From positions 31,884,432 to 31,948,431 of the forward strand of contig NC_090411.1 of the NCBI RefSeq assembly GCF_036365525.1: 64,000 bases of DNA, read 5' to 3'. Below, piece by piece: positions 17,855 through 36,382 of this stretch. The notes beneath the pieces are model-generated. The model worked only from the letters and a program-made list of their open reading frames with translations. It was not told the DNA's origin and did not search any database. The position numbers and the translations under genes were made by a program. The DNA is from Heterodontus francisci (Eukaryota). Within the stretch, counting starts at the first letter, position 1. Each line of letters begins with the position of its first letter.

Positions 17855-20800
17855 ATGGCCTCCCAAGTGTGTCAGAACTACCACAAAGGCTGTGAGGATG
17901 CTGTTAACAAGCAGATCAACCTGGAGCTCTATTCCTCTTATGTTTATCTGTCCATGGTTAGTATTGTATTTTTGGGAGCCCATTTCAAAATTAAGATTGT
18001 GACTTCATTGCATTTTGTGTAGCTAGAATTTCTTTAGGTCAATGAAGTGGCTTTAAAATGTGTCTGCTGAAGTTCTCTTTAGCACTAATCTAGCAAATAC
18101 TCAAGATAGGGACTCTATTCCTTTGATCTATAGTAACTGTGTCCTATTCTGAAGGGTTTAAGACTGAACATAAATCTAAGTGTTTTTATGAAGCTCCTAA
18201 TGGAGGATTCATCTTGAAGATGCATAAACCGAGTTAACTTTTCCAACTTGGATGGGAACAATGAAATTTAAGTGGGTGATTAGCTAGTGAAATACTGACT
18301 AGTTCTAGGTAGCTTTTCCCCCTTTTTTTTCTCTCCCTTTTCTTCCCCCACCCCCCCCCCCCCCTTCTACATTAATAAATCCTGTACAGCATCACATGAA
18401 GCAGTGACTTTAAAATGTTAAAAGTACTGACTTTAGAAGTTTTTTTTTTCTCGCCAATCAATTGGAAATATTGATAAATTGCCTTAATTAAAAGACCAGT
18501 GCTGAAATCAAACTTTAATTCAAAAAGCATTGTTGCTCCTTTGAAGGTTTTCTATTGCTGCTGCTTCCTATTTTACTGGACTGGTCACAGAAGGCCATTC
18601 AACTTTTTTGAGGAAAATGTTGATTAAAACAATTTGAATTTAGCAGCATAACTTTTTTTTTTTTAAAAAGCTTTTTTAATTGAAAGCAAGGTATTGAGAC
18701 AAAGAATGGGGAAATTATCTACCATGATAGTACCATTCTTCAGTTATCCATGAATGTGATCCTAGATCTGACTTGACTTTTTTTTTTCCCCATTTTGTCT
18801 CTACCTGCAGTCCTATTACTTTGACCGGGATGATGTTGCCCTGCGTCACTTTGCTGAGTTCTTCAAGGAGCAGTCACGTGAGGAACGGGAGCACGCTGAG
18901 AAACTGATGAAATTCCAGAATAAACGTGGAGGCCGAATCATCTTGGAGAACATCAAGGTTAGATTGAAACCATCAAGTCTGGTGTGATGCAATTTAGATT
19001 GCTTAAGAGAAGGTTCCTTGTTTTTTTAAACAGTTTATTGTCATTTAAGCCTTGAGTTCTCAATCCAGTGAGACTAACAAAATTGTTAGCTTTGGGAAAA
19101 AAAGATGGGTGTAGGGTGAGTTGATATGATCTTTGGGTCACCTGAACGAGTGGCTGTAGATCAATAAATCCTGAATATTCAGAAAGCGAATTAGTTTCTG
19201 TGCAATGAATTATTGAGTCAAGCTTTGATCTTTGGTTAGGAAACTGCTCTGGAGAATATGGGCCACAGCTGTAAAATTCCATGGATGAAGTAATCGGAGG
19301 ATTTTTTAAGTGTTTGTAAATTGGAACTGTAACTAGGATTTTAAAAATGCTACAGCAATGTACTGATCTAGCATCCAGTAGTGCCAATGTTATCCCAGTG
19401 ATTTAACCCTGTTCCCTAACACTAAAGACTCCCTTCTCTTCCAGAAGCCAGAGCAGGATGAGTGGAGCAATGGTCTGGTGGCAATGCAGAGAGCTCTGCA
19501 GATGGAGAAGGTTGTGAACCAGAGTCTGCTGGATCTGCACAAACTCTCCACTGGCAACACTGACCCTCATGTAAGTTCTTAATATTGCCATGATTTTTTT
19601 CAGATGATTTTGAAGGTAATAATTGCAATCTACCCTTTTCTGTTCACTTATTGGTGTTATCACCTTACCAGAGGTTGGTTGGTCAGTCTGTCACTAGTTT
19701 ACTCTTCAGCCATTTCCAGCACTTCCTCATTAGTGTGAAGTGATTTTATGAATTTAACCCCTTGTAGGGACTAAACCAAATCCGGTGGACATCCCTACAA
19801 ATCTCCTCCTTTTAATTAAATTCAAACCAGACCAATTCTTATGGACATTTTATTTGGGTCTAAAGAATTGAACTTTTTCTCAGAGAAAACTAAGAATATT
19901 ACCATCTTTCGGATGGCCTAATTTTAATTATGGCTGTCATAAATATCCCAGATGAGTCTCGGAAACTCTCCAATACATATCTCTTCTCTTGTAGAGATGG
20001 TGGGTGGGGGGGATCTTCTAGTTGTCTACAGAATGTTATGAGATATTTTATTTGTTGTATTAAAGAATTTAATGTGATCTACTTAGCCACTTGGTGTATT
20101 GTATAAATATCAAATATTACTAGGATGAAACACCAATCTCATTTCTAACATAGAATCAAAAGTTTAACCTTTCTAATGTTACAGCAGAATATCTTTGAAT
20201 ATCCATCAAATTTTTTCACTTTTTTTTAATTCCCTGAGTAGACCATGGGGTGAGAAGCATTGTTTGAGGAATTCAATACTTCTAATTTTCCTTCAAAACA
20301 TCTCGTGCTTATACTGCATAATGTGTCATATGACCTTAACATTATAGGTGTCACCTTTTTTTTTTTTTGTTTCTTGCTTTCAAGATCCATAGTTTGTAGT
20401 GTCATTCACATCTCCACTTAATGTTTTACTGGAATTCCCCTGTTCTTGAAGTTGTGAGCATTTATCTTGTCAAAATGTTTGTTTATAATTGTTTACTTGA
20501 CCTTGTTCCTGTAAGACCATTTTTATTGTAGGTCAATCTACCTACACTTACCAATACCATCAATTTTTTATGATGGCTAGTTATTTTTTTTTTTACTGAT
20601 GTCACAGGATATTTCACTCTGTATTTATCTTCCAATTTCCTGGCAACAGAAACACTGAAATGGATTTGCCAACTTGTTCCTGGTTCATAACCAGGACCTT
20701 GAAATTTCTACCTCTATTTTTTCTTAAAGGAGAATGTAAGTGAGTCTTGAACTGACCATCTATTCAATCTTTAATTCTAAAGGTATAATATATTAATTAG

Positions 20801-21446
20801 ATCTAAATTGTACCTAATATTCCAGCAAGTCTTTCTTTCTGTGAAAGATATGCCGAACATCCTCTGTTAACATTTTTAAGTTGATACTGGGAATGAGCCC
20901 TTCATTCCCAAACTGCTTAGGTTTATTTTTATGCTTTTATTGGGTACAAGACCATGCACACTCAATCTGGATCACTAAACTGTTCGTAAGACACTTCGTC
21001 TCTTGGGCATCAATCATTCAAGTTTATTCCTAGTGTAATGGAATTGATGACTTTCCACTTGGTAAATTTTGGTCTTGTCTGGCTAAATGTACCCACAGAA
21101 TCAGAATGATTTCCTTCTGTACTGTAACCATTTGGCCTGTTGCTCAAACTGGCAGATACAAGTGTCACTCCCATGTGCAATACTTTTTACCATCTTTATT
21201 TGCACTGGGATAATTGCATCTGGTGAAGACCATTGCAAATGTTTTTTTTTTAAGCTAACTATACTCCTAGTTTCATTTTTTTTTTTTCTCCACTCCCAGC
21301 TTGGTGACTTCCTGGAGACTCACTACTTGGATGAGCAAGTGAAGATGATCAAGAAGCTTGGAGATCACATCACCAACCTGAAGAGACTGGGAGCCCCTGA
21401 CAATGGCATGGGAGAGTACCTGTTCGACAAGCACACCCTGAGTTGA
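17855..21446 (+). CDS. Ferritin copy 5, intact ORF, 173 aa
   Basis: Exons 17855-17956, 18811-18957, 19445-19570, 21300-21446; GT-AG; variants D15G, H60R, D84N, E98V, D109V, C130G (human-H numbering); ends DKHTLS*; AATAAA at 21556-21561. Confidence 0.92.
19660..20940. other. Unassigned ~1.3-kb AT-rich insertion in intron 3 of copy 5 (possible LTR-retroelement fragment)
   Basis: Absent from intron 3 of other copies; minus strand shows AAAAGGAGGAGAT then TTGTAGGGATG around 19790-19813, resembling a PPT/LTR junction. Confidence 0.35.
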
Positions 21447-22340
21447 TTGGGGTTTGAAATGTTTGTTTTCCATATGGTGGAAATGAAATGTGATCCAATT
21501 CTGGTGAATGCTTTCTGGTTAATTGCCAGTTTTCTCATCTCTTGCTGTATATGGAAATAAAAGTATTCATCATGGAACTGGTCTTTGTATAATTCAGTAA
21601 ATTTATTTGGTTATTCAGATCATTACGTCTAACTGTATAATAATTCCATTAAACCTTTTCTGTATCCCAAGCCAGCCTGCCTCGGATAATTTACTCACAT
21701 CTCCCAATTGCCATTGAGAAGCTTGTAAGGGATATGCAATTTCTGCTACAAAAGTGTTCTTGCCTCTACAGGTGGAATATTAAGAAATTAGGAAGGATGC
21801 TGAATTAGTGCCTTCACTTGACTTTTTTTGCCGCCTTATCATAGTAAAGAATTAATTACTTTAGTCTGCCATTTGTTCAACCACTACCTGTACTCCTCCT
21901 ATTCCCGAAAGGGCTATCTTTTACCAATGGCTTGGGTCAGGCAGCAAAAGTAAGAGAACCCCAATACTTCAGCTTCTAACTCTTCCCTCATACTAGACAT
22001 CAGCTTTGCAGAAGGTGCAACATGACTTTACTGATATTAAATTCCATGGGGAGGTGTTCTATGTCACACTGTAGAGATAGAGCAATAGAGTTCTGTTTAA
22101 AGTGTTTTTTTTCCCCCTACTGTTTCTTTGCCCCACCCAACTTGGTTGGTTTGCAGATTCAGTGTGGATATCTTTCCATCTATTGTCAAGATTGGTATCT
22201 CTGACTTGTTCTGGACCCACGCAGGAATATGTCAATTTTTCCAAGCAATGTTACTTTCGATCCAATTGTACTCAATGCAAGATAGGATTTCCATTTTGTA
22301 AACTCATTGGATTATGTTATGAATCTCTGAATCTGAACAG

Positions 22341-23504
22341 TGTTATGACCAGGTGAGAAGGAGTCTAGGTGTTCCATCCCAGCCTTTGCTTGGTTTAACT
22401 GTAATAGGGTTTAATTTCAGAGATGCTATTTTTAGCTTTTTCCCCCTTCTTTATTTACAGATACAGCACTGAAACAGGCCCTTCGGCTCACTGGGTCTGT
22501 GCCGACCATCAACCACCCATTTATACTAATCCTACATTAATCCCATATTCCTACCACATCCCCACCTGTCCCTATATTTTCCTACCACATACCTATACTA
22601 GGGGCAATTTATAATGGCCAATTTACCTATCAACCTGCAAGTCTTTGGCTGTGGGAGGAAACCGGAGCACCCGGAGAAAACCCACACGGTCACAGGGAGA
22701 ACTTGCAAACTCCGCACAGACAGTACCCAGAATCAAACTCAGGTCGCTGGAGCTGTGAGGCTGCGGTGCTAACCACTTGTTCACAGCTCCAATGTAAGGT
22801 AAAGAAATCAGAGTTTTCCTTACATTTAAACAAGAAAGGTAGGAGTTTATTCATTTTAAACTCTAATCCAGTTAAGGATTGCGAATATGTGACATGCATA
22901 CGAGACAAACACATGCAGATAGAGAAAGGAAAAACCAGAAAGAATAAAGTGGAAATGTTTGAGGCAATGTGTTAGTTATTTACTGTCCTATGAGGTCAAT
23001 GAGGAGTCTTTGGTTGTCAGTAAGTCCTGTTATTTGTTGGGGCCCAGCTCATGCTTCAACTTGTTTCGATGTCAGAGTCTATTCTCTCTCGAGGTGTGCG
23101 TGTCTTCTTTGGGTCTTGTTGCTTGGGAGAAAGCTAGAGAGAGACAGCCAGGAGAGAGGCTTCCTTGTTCCAGCTTCAGTTGCACACCACCTGAATTCTT
23201 TTGTGTGTGGCACAAATAAAAACCCAAGTTGGCCAGCAGCTCAGTCGTGTGACTAACTGGCTTCACCACTTCTGCGTTTGTGGATTGTATTGTCTTAGCA
23301 GGCCCTGGAGTGCACTTCCTTACACCTTCAATGGCTGGTGATCAAAAGCCATTTGGGTTAATTGGCTCAGGGAAGTCCTTCCAGCCAAATTGTCTGGTGA
23401 TCTCTTTAACAAGTCATTTCTTAACTCCAGCAGCAGTTTAAAATTAATGTTCATATGATGAAATTAGTATGCCTCATTCTTGGCAGATGGGGGTCTGCGT
23501 GACA
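22341..23504. mobile_element. Solo LTR, family A (with nested SINE)
   Basis: TG...CA ends (TGTTATGA...GTGACA); 4-bp TSD ACAG (22337-22340 and 23505-23508); empty site tgaacagatt at 40901-40910. Confidence 0.8.
22451..22776 (-). mobile_element. HE1-like tRNA-derived SINE nested in LTR A
   Basis: Near-identical to the copies at 47839 and 59687; tRNA-like head (AGTGGTTAGC...GTTTGATTC) and LINE-like 3' tail (gggcctgtttcagtgctgtatct). Confidence 0.85.
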
Positions 23505-24535
23505 ACAGATTCAGTTTGAGGAAAGTCAATATCAAATACATCATGGACAAGGTTCCATACAAGAGGTTAGGTTAGAAGCCTGTGGAATTGGAGGAATCCT
23601 TTAAATATTTTATGGAGACAAGAGAGTAGGGATAATGGGTATGCACTCCAAGGGATCTATACTGGGGCACCAGCTTTACATTATATTTATAAATAATATA
23701 CATGAAGGAATAGAGTACTGTATATCCAAGTTTGCTGATGCCATTAAGTTAGGTGGCACAGTAAGCAGTGCAAATGGGAGCAGAAATTTGCAAAGGGACA
23801 TTGACAGATTAAGCGAGTGAGCAAAATTGTGATTGATGGACTTCGATGTGAAGACCAAGAAAGATAAATCAGAGTAATTTCTAAATGGTGAAGAGCAGAG
23901 AGGGTTAGGAATCAGTGTACAGAAATTACTAAAAACTAGTGGATAGGTGCATAAATGTATTAAAAAGTCTACTAGAATTTTAGACTTCATTTCAAGGGGG
24001 TTGGAATACAAAGGGGTGGAGGTTATGCTATATTTGTATAAAGTTCTGGTTAGATCACATCTGGAGGACTGTGTTCAGCTCTGATATATTGACCTTGGAG
24101 GGAGTGCAGCACAGATTCACCAGAATGATACCAGGGATAACAGGATTAGATTATGTGTACAGTTTGAATAGAAGAGTCTTGTATTCCCTCGAGTATAGAT
24201 GATTAAAGAATGATTATAGTTGATGTATTGAACATGATTAATGGATTTGATAGGGTACATAGAGAGAAACTATTTCCATCAGTAGCGTAGTCCAGGACAG
24301 GGGGTTTAATCTTAAAATTAGAGCTCGGCCATTTAGGGGTGACGTCAAGAAGTATTTCTTCACAAAAAGGGAAATGGAAATCTGGAACTCTCTCCCCCAA
24401 AACCGAGACTGTTAGATTTTTGTTAGGTACGGGTATGAAACAATATGGAACCAATGCAGGTAAATGGCCTTAAAACACAAACCATGATCTAATTGAATAG
24501 GCTTGAGGGGCTGAATGGCCTCATCCTGTTCCTAC
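23505..24535 (+). mobile_element. Old CR1 3' fragment abutting the copy 6 promoter
   Basis: SKFADAIKLGG...LQRDIDRL remnant (ORF 23635..23820); homologous to 16800-17590. Confidence 0.8.
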
Positions 24536-24549
24536 CAATCACAATATAA

Positions 24550-24745
24550 TCATCCAAACCTGCCTGTATTCCACAGCTCTCATTGTCTCTGGGTCCAACC
24601 CCCACAGCCTGACTACATTGTTGACTGGTGCCTGGATTCAGGAACTATTCCTGACTGGCTACCTGGAATTGTCAATCATCATTAATGATGTCATTCCCTG
24701 TTTGACTATAGGCTGACCCAGCAGTATAAATACAAGAGCTTGTGT
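24550..24745 (+). promoter_or_regulatory. Conserved proximal promoter of copy 6
   Basis: TATAAA at 24725-24730 within the shared block. Confidence 0.72.
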
Positions 24746-24802
24746 AGGAAACAGTTATTTGCTGTTGTTTAAATTTAGCTTCTGTTAGCAGTAAAGATTA
24801 TG

Positions 24803-30094
<5,292 letters not shown>

Positions 30095-30696
30095 TTAGCA
30101 TTCTAGAATCATTTAGTTCTATAATATATTGGTTGAAATAAAATGTGATCCATTTCTGGCTAATATGTAGTTTTCTCATCTCTTGCTGTATGTGGAAATA
30201 AAAGTATTTATTGGGGGCTGATTTTTTTTTTCCTCTATAAATAAGTAACTCATTTCATTATTCTGATCAAAATACTGAGCTGTGTAATAGTTGATTCGAC
30301 TGAAACTTTAACATGCTGGTTAATTTTTGCCCTCCTACATCCAGCTTCCTTAACTTGATTCAATGTCTGCCTAGGGTAGTTTGCTCACATCTTCTATTTG
30401 TCACTGAGAAACTTGTAGGGGATATGTGAAATATGTAATTTTGATGCAGATGAAATGTCAAGCAGTTGTGGGGCAGGAGAAAGGGATGCTTGCCTTTTGT
30501 TCTCATTGGAGCAAAGGGCAATGCAGAGAGAGCTAATGGACATGTGAAGATGTTGACAGGTAAACAAAAGAAGATCTATTCCTGTTAGCTGATAGTGCAA
30601 GTATGCAGGAATACTACTTAAGGGATTTGGGCAAGAGATATAGGAGAATGTGAGGAAAACATTTCTTTTATACAGCCAGTGTGAATGACCTGGAAC

Positions 30697-33274
30697 AAAA
30701 ACAAGAAATGCTGGATTCACTCAGCAGGTCTGGCAGCATCTGTGGAAAGACAAGCAGAGTTAACGTTTCAGGTCAGTGACCCTTCTTCGGAACTGACAAA
30801 TATTAGAAAAGTCACAGATTATAAACAAGTGAGGTGGGGGTTGCGCAAGAGATAACAAAGGAGAAGGTGCAGATTGGACCAGGTCACGGAGCAAAGGCAA
30901 ACAATATGTTAATGGTGTGTTGAAAGACAAAGCATTAGTACAGATTAGGTGTGAATATATTGAACATCAGCAAGTGCAAACCTGAAGAAAAACAACCTGA
31001 AAAAAAACAGTGGGTAAGCAAACTGAACAAACTAAGATGAAATGAAATAAATGCAAAAAAAATTGTAAAAAATGTAAAAAGGAATGCAAAAAAAAAAAAT
31101 AACTAAAAATGAAAGTAAAGTGGGGGGCTGTCATGCTCTGAAATGATTAAACTCAATGTTCAGTCTGGCAGGCTGTAGTGTGCCTAATCGGTAGATGAGA
31201 TGCTGTTCCTCGAGCTTGCGTTGATGTTCACTGGAACACTGCAGCAATCCCAGGACAGAGATGTGAGCATGAGAGCAGGGGTGAGTGTTGAAATGGCAAG
31301 CAACCGGAAGCTCAGGGTCCTGCTTGCGGACTGAGCGGAGATGTTCCGCAAAGCGGTCACCCAGTCTGCGCTTGGTCTCCCCAATGTAGAGGAGACCACA
31401 CTGAGCAGCGAATACAGTATACTACATTGAAAGAAGTACAAGTAAATCGCTGCTTCACCTGAAAGGAGTGTTTGGGGCCTGGGATAATGAGGAGAGAGGA
31501 GGTAAATGGGCAGGTATTACACCTCCTGCGATTGCAAGGGAAGGTGCCCTGGGATGGGGACGAGGTGGTGGGGGTAATGGAGGAGTGGACCAGGGTGTCG
31601 CGGAGGGAACGATCCCTTCGGAATGCTGACAGGGGAAGGGAGGGGAAGATGCGACTGGTAGTGGCATCACGCTGGAGGTGGCGAAAATGGCGGAGGATGA
31701 TCCTTTGGATATGGAGGCTGGTGAGATGAAAAGTGAGGACAAGGGGAACCCTGTCACGGTTCTGGGAGGGAGGGGAAGGGGTGAGGGTAGAGGTGCGGGG
31801 AATGGGTCGGACACGGTTGAGGGCCCTGTCAACCACAGTGGGGGGAAATCCTCGGTTGAGGAAAAAGGAGGTCATATCAGAAGCACCGTCATGGAAGGTA
31901 GCATCATCAGAGCAGATGCGTCGGAGACGGAGAAACTGGGAGAATGGAATGGAGTCCTTACAGGAGGTAGGGTGTGAAGAAGTGTAGTCGAGGTAACTGT
32001 GGGAGTCAGTGGGCTTATAATGGATATTGGTAGACAACCTATCCCCAGAGATGGAGACAGAGAAGTCGAGGAAGGGAAGGGAAGTGTCAGAGATGGACCA
32101 TGTAAAGGTGAGAGAAGGGTGGAAATTGGAAGCAAAGTTGATAAAGTTTTCTAGTTCGGGGCGGGAGCAGGAAACTGCACTGATACAGTCCATCAATGTA
32201 CCGGAAAAAGAGTTGGGGGAGGGGGCCTGAGTAGGACTGGAACAAAGAATGCTCGACATATCCCACAAAAAGACAGGCATAACTAGGACCCATGCGGGTA
32301 CCCATAGCGACACCTTTTACTTGAAGGAAATGCATGGAGTTGAAGGAGAAGTTGTTCAATGTGAGAACAAGTTCAGCCAGGCGGAGGAGGGTGTTGGTGG
32401 ATGGGGACTGATTGGGCCTCTGTTCCAGGAAGAAGCGGAGAGCCTTCAAACCATCCTGGTGGGGGATGGAGGTGTAGAGCGATTGGACGTCCATAGTGAA
32501 GAGGAGGCGGTTGGGACCAGGAAACTGGAAATTGTCAAAATGACGTAGGGCGTCAGAAGAGTCACGGATGTAGGTGGGAAGAGACTGGACCAGTGGAGAA
32601 AAGATAGAGTTTAGATAGGAAGAAATAAGTTCAGTTGGGCAGGAGCAGGCTGACACAATGGGTCTGCCGGGACAGTCCCGTTTGTGGATTTTGGGAAGGA
32701 GGTAGAAGCGGGCTGTCCGGTGTTGCGGGACTATGAGGTTGGAAGCTGTAGAGGGAAGATCTCCAGAGGAGATGAGGTCAGTGACAGTCCTTTGGACGGT
32801 GGCTTGATGTTCGGTGGTGGGGTCATGGTCCAGAGGGAGGTAGGAAGAGGTGTCTGTGAGTTGGCGTTGAGCTTCTGCAAGGTAGAGGTCGGTACGCCAT
32901 ACAACAACAGCACCACCCTTGTCTGCAGGTTTGATGACCATGTCGGGGTTAGACCTGAGAGAACGGAGTGCCTCAAGTTCAGAGGGGGACAGGTTAGAGT
33001 GAGTGAGGGGGGCAGAGAAATTGAGACGACCAATGTCTCGCCGACAGTTTTCAATGAAGAGATCAAGAGCGGGTAAGAGGCCAGGGTGAGGGGTCCAGGT
33101 AGAGGGAGAATGCTGGAGGCGGGTGAATGGGTCTGCTGGTCGGGGGGAGGACTCCTGGTCGAAGAAGTGAACCCGGAGGCGGAGGCGACGGAAGAAGAGC
33201 TCAACGTCATGCCGAGCGCGAAATTCATTGAGGTGGGGGCGTAAGGGGATAAAACTGAGACCTTTGCTGAGTAC
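30697..33274 (-). mobile_element. 5'-truncated Penelope-like retroelement (RT plus GIY-YIG endonuclease), frameshifted
   Basis: IKPADKGGAVVV, FYLLPKIHK..PGRPIVS, DVQSLYTSIPH, GVAMGTRMGP, FFRYID, HYKPTDSH, then VVYCIRC / CGLLYIGETKRRLGDRFAEH; TSD tgtgaatgacctgg(a/t)ac at 30680-30696 and 33398-33414. Confidence 0.93.
30758..30794 (-). ncRNA. Minimal hammerhead-ribozyme-like motif at the Penelope 3' end
   Basis: Minus strand AGUU-CCGAAGA-AG-GGUC-ACU-GACC-U-GAAAC-GUU-AACU: helix I AGUU/AACU, helix II GGUC/GACC, palindromic ACGU; core reads CCGA rather than CUGA. Confidence 0.5.
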
Positions 33275-33401
33275 AAATAACACAAAGGAATTGAGAGTCA
33301 TATATCCAAACGACACTAAGTTAGGTGTTACGGCAAGTAGAGTAAATTAGAGCAGAAAATTGAAGAGACATTAATAGAATAAGTGAGTAGCCAAAAATGT
33401 G
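33275..33401 (+). repeat. 127-bp local duplication of 34324-34450 at the Penelope 5' junction
   Basis: Direct comparison shows 3 mismatches; shares the copy-specific deletion atatccaaacgacactaag. Confidence 0.9.
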
Positions 33402-34891
33402 AATGACCTGGTACTTCCTGCTTATGAAGATGGTGGCAGTGCAGCCAATAAATGATTTCAAAAGGAGATTGGATGAAAACAGGGGAATGGGACTGAATGT
33501 ATTGTACTAATCACCAGAGACTCTGTGGCCCAAATGGCCTCCTCTGTCAAAAATGACTCAGACTCTATACACTATACACCATCTTAATCTGCCTCTGGGC
33601 CGGGTTGTCATTTGTTCAACTACTAAGAGCCCTACTTCCCAATGTCTGGGATGAGTGAATGCAGAAATACTTGGGTCAGGTAGTTATAACACTCTCTACT
33701 TCAGGTAAAATCTTCCCTTGTAATCAAGTCTCAATAGATATCTTTTCTGTAGAAGCAACAACACAGGACTTTATAACTCTTAAATTCCATGGGGTAGATT
33801 TCCAAGTTACACTGAGACGGAGCAACAGAGTTCTGTTTGAAGCGCTTCGCTTTTTATTTCCCCAACATGTCGGTTGCTTTGCAGATTCACTGTGCAATGT
33901 CTCGGGCTGGCCAATATCTTTCAATCTATTGTGGTCAACGTTGGTATCATAGATTCATTCTAGACCCATCAAGCGCAGTGTCAATTCTCCAAGAGATGGA
34001 TCCAATTGTGCTCAACACAAAATAAATTTCCATTTGCAGACTTCTGCGATTATGTTGACAAACTCTGAAGCTGAGAACAGATTCACTTTGAGAAAACTCC
34101 AAGAAGCCAACATCAAATACATCATTGCCAAGATTCTACTGAAGAGAATAGGCAAATCAGAAGCACGTGGAATTGGAGGAAACCTTTAGACATGGTTGTG
34201 GAATTGGTTGGGAGGTAGGAAACAGAGAGTAGGGATAATGGGTATGAACTCCAATTGGCAGGATATGACTAGTCATCTCTCCCAGGGATCTGTACCAGGG
34301 TCTCGGCTTTTCAATGCATTTATAAATAACACAAAGGAATTGAGAGTCATATATCCAAACGACACTAAGTTAGGTAATACGGCAAGTAGAGTAAATTAGA
34401 GCAGAAAATTGAAGAGACATTGATAGAATAAGTGAGTAGCCAAAAATGTGTTAGATGAATTTCAATGTGAGATTGAGCGAGGATAGAGAGAGATAAATCA
34501 GAGCATTTTCTAAATGGTGAAGAGCTAGGAACTGTGGAGGAGCAGAGAGAGTTTGGGGTCCGTGTACAGAAATTACTAAAAGCTAGTGGACAGGTACATA
34601 AATGAATTAAAAAGTCTAATAGACTGTTAGTCTTCATCTCAAGGGTGCTGGAATACAAAGGGGTGGAGGTTATGCTTTATTTGTTAGATCACATCTGGAG
34701 TACTGTGTTCAGCTCTGATATATTAACCTTTGTGGGAATGCAGCACAGATTCACCAAAATGATACCAGGGATAAAAGGGTTAAATTTCAAGGACAGTTTG
34801 CATTAACGACTCTTGTATTCCTCAAGTATAGAAGATTAAAGAATGATTATAATTGATGTGTTGAACCTGAATAATAGATTTGATAAGTTAT

Positions 34892-36382
34892 TGTTATGAC
34901 GGTGCTGCAACATTTCTTGTTAGGTTTTTTTTGGCAGACTCATATTTTAAATTTGTGGCCATTGTTTTATTTTGGGAAAACTGAAAAGGATTCTATAGAT
35001 GTTCTTTTCACTGGAGTCATTGAAAGGACACTGAGAGGATTTGTGGTGAACAACGCACACTGGCGGTCTCCTGTTTTCGGATAAATATCCTAGCAGGGGC
35101 TTTTTGACATGGAGAAGATGTTTACAGAGAAGTGACAGGTCAAGATTTATAGGGGTCAGGAGGCTTGACTCTTGATTTTGGTTTGCTTGGACTCTGGTTT
35201 TGCTTTGGACAATGTGTTGGAGTGTGAACTGTTATGAAGACAATTGGAGAAAACCAGTCAAGAGAGCAGTCACCATCAGCATCCTCTTCCATCTTTTTGA
35301 GAACTTCCTGTGAATTAAGTGTAAGAAATAGAGAAACTGATGCTGCATGTCTCCTGAAAAGGCAGCCAGAAACCCCTGATGGTGCATCTCACCTGGAAAA
35401 CCTGCCAAACTGATCTTCAACATCGCCTGAAAGAACTGTTCTAGAAAGATCCCAGTGCCAGCTGTCTACACGTATTTGGGACGCCAAACCAAAAAAGGGA
35501 CAACTGACATCTTTCCATATCTTCTCTTTTTTTCTTCAAGAATTAGCAAGTAATTGGCCAAAGTATTCTTTTTGTCTTTTTTAAATGACAGAGCTCTAAA
35601 AAGAAAATCTCTTTTTCTGGTTATCCAGTGTGTGTGTGTATGTGTCAGTGTGAGGTAAAGGCCTGCTACCCGACCCTAACACGACGGGACCCGACGACAT
35701 GTGTCGGGTACAGGTCAGGTCGGGTCGGGTCGCTCTTTCGGGTCCGGCTTTTGAGCTCGGGTCGGGCTGGATCTGGGTCGGACACACACAGCAAGAAGTG
35801 TCAAAAATAAAAAACTTACCTGAGCTGGGAGTCCGGGACGTCAAAGAGGGAAACTCTGAGTCTGCGCGGTGAGCGAGTGAGCGTCCCTATGACGTCATCA
35901 CACTCATGTTGTAGCTTCCTGCAGATTGGGAGTCGCAAGGGAGCTAAAAGGAACATTCCGGTGGTCGGGTTGGGCTCGGCTCCGTTCGGGTTGGGTCAGG
36001 CTCAGGTCAGGTCGGGCGTGGGAAGAAAATGGAGGGACTCGGGCCGGATCGGGCTCGGGTTCCGATGTGGTTCTGTTGGGATCGCGTCGGGTTTTTCTTC
36101 GTGCCCTGAGCAGGCCTTTAATGTGAGGGGCTAAGATAAAAGGGAACTTTCATATTGCAATCTCTCTGTTAATGCTTTGTTACTAGTTAAGTCTTGTTTT
36201 ATAATAAACTGATAATTTTGTTGTTTATTAAAGAAACCTGGTTGTTGTATTTTACTTTGGGGTAAAAATAGAGTCTATGATTGACCGTATTGGTAACTGG
36301 GTAAACATTTAAATATATGTTGTGACCTGTGGAGAAGTGGAACTAGAAAAAACTATGCACTCCTCCCACCTCGGTCAGAACA
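34892..36382 (+). mobile_element. Solo LTR, family B (~1.0 kb plus nested MITE)
   Basis: TGTTATGA...TCAGAACA termini (TCATAACA in the paralogue); internal AATAAA near 36203; splits the CR1 sequence gataggg|ta..tagagagaaac. Confidence 0.75.
35656..36120. mobile_element. Non-autonomous hAT-type DNA transposon (MITE), 465 bp
   Basis: Perfect 12-bp TIRs TAAAGGCCTGCT / AGCAGGCCTTTA; 8-bp TSD gtgtgagg / atgtgagg; subterminal TCGGG/CCCGA repeats; absent from the other two LTR B copies. Confidence 0.88.

Noticed and set aside
24750-24800. Hairpin acagttatttgctgt and CAGTAA in the 5' UTR as a possible IRE
   Set aside because: No CAGUGN loop on a 5-bp upper stem with a bulged C, and not conserved between copies
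31455-33285. Overlapping alternative-frame ORFs within the Penelope element
   Set aside because: Expected by-product of GC-rich coding sequence; only the RT/GIY-YIG frames carry recognisable motifs
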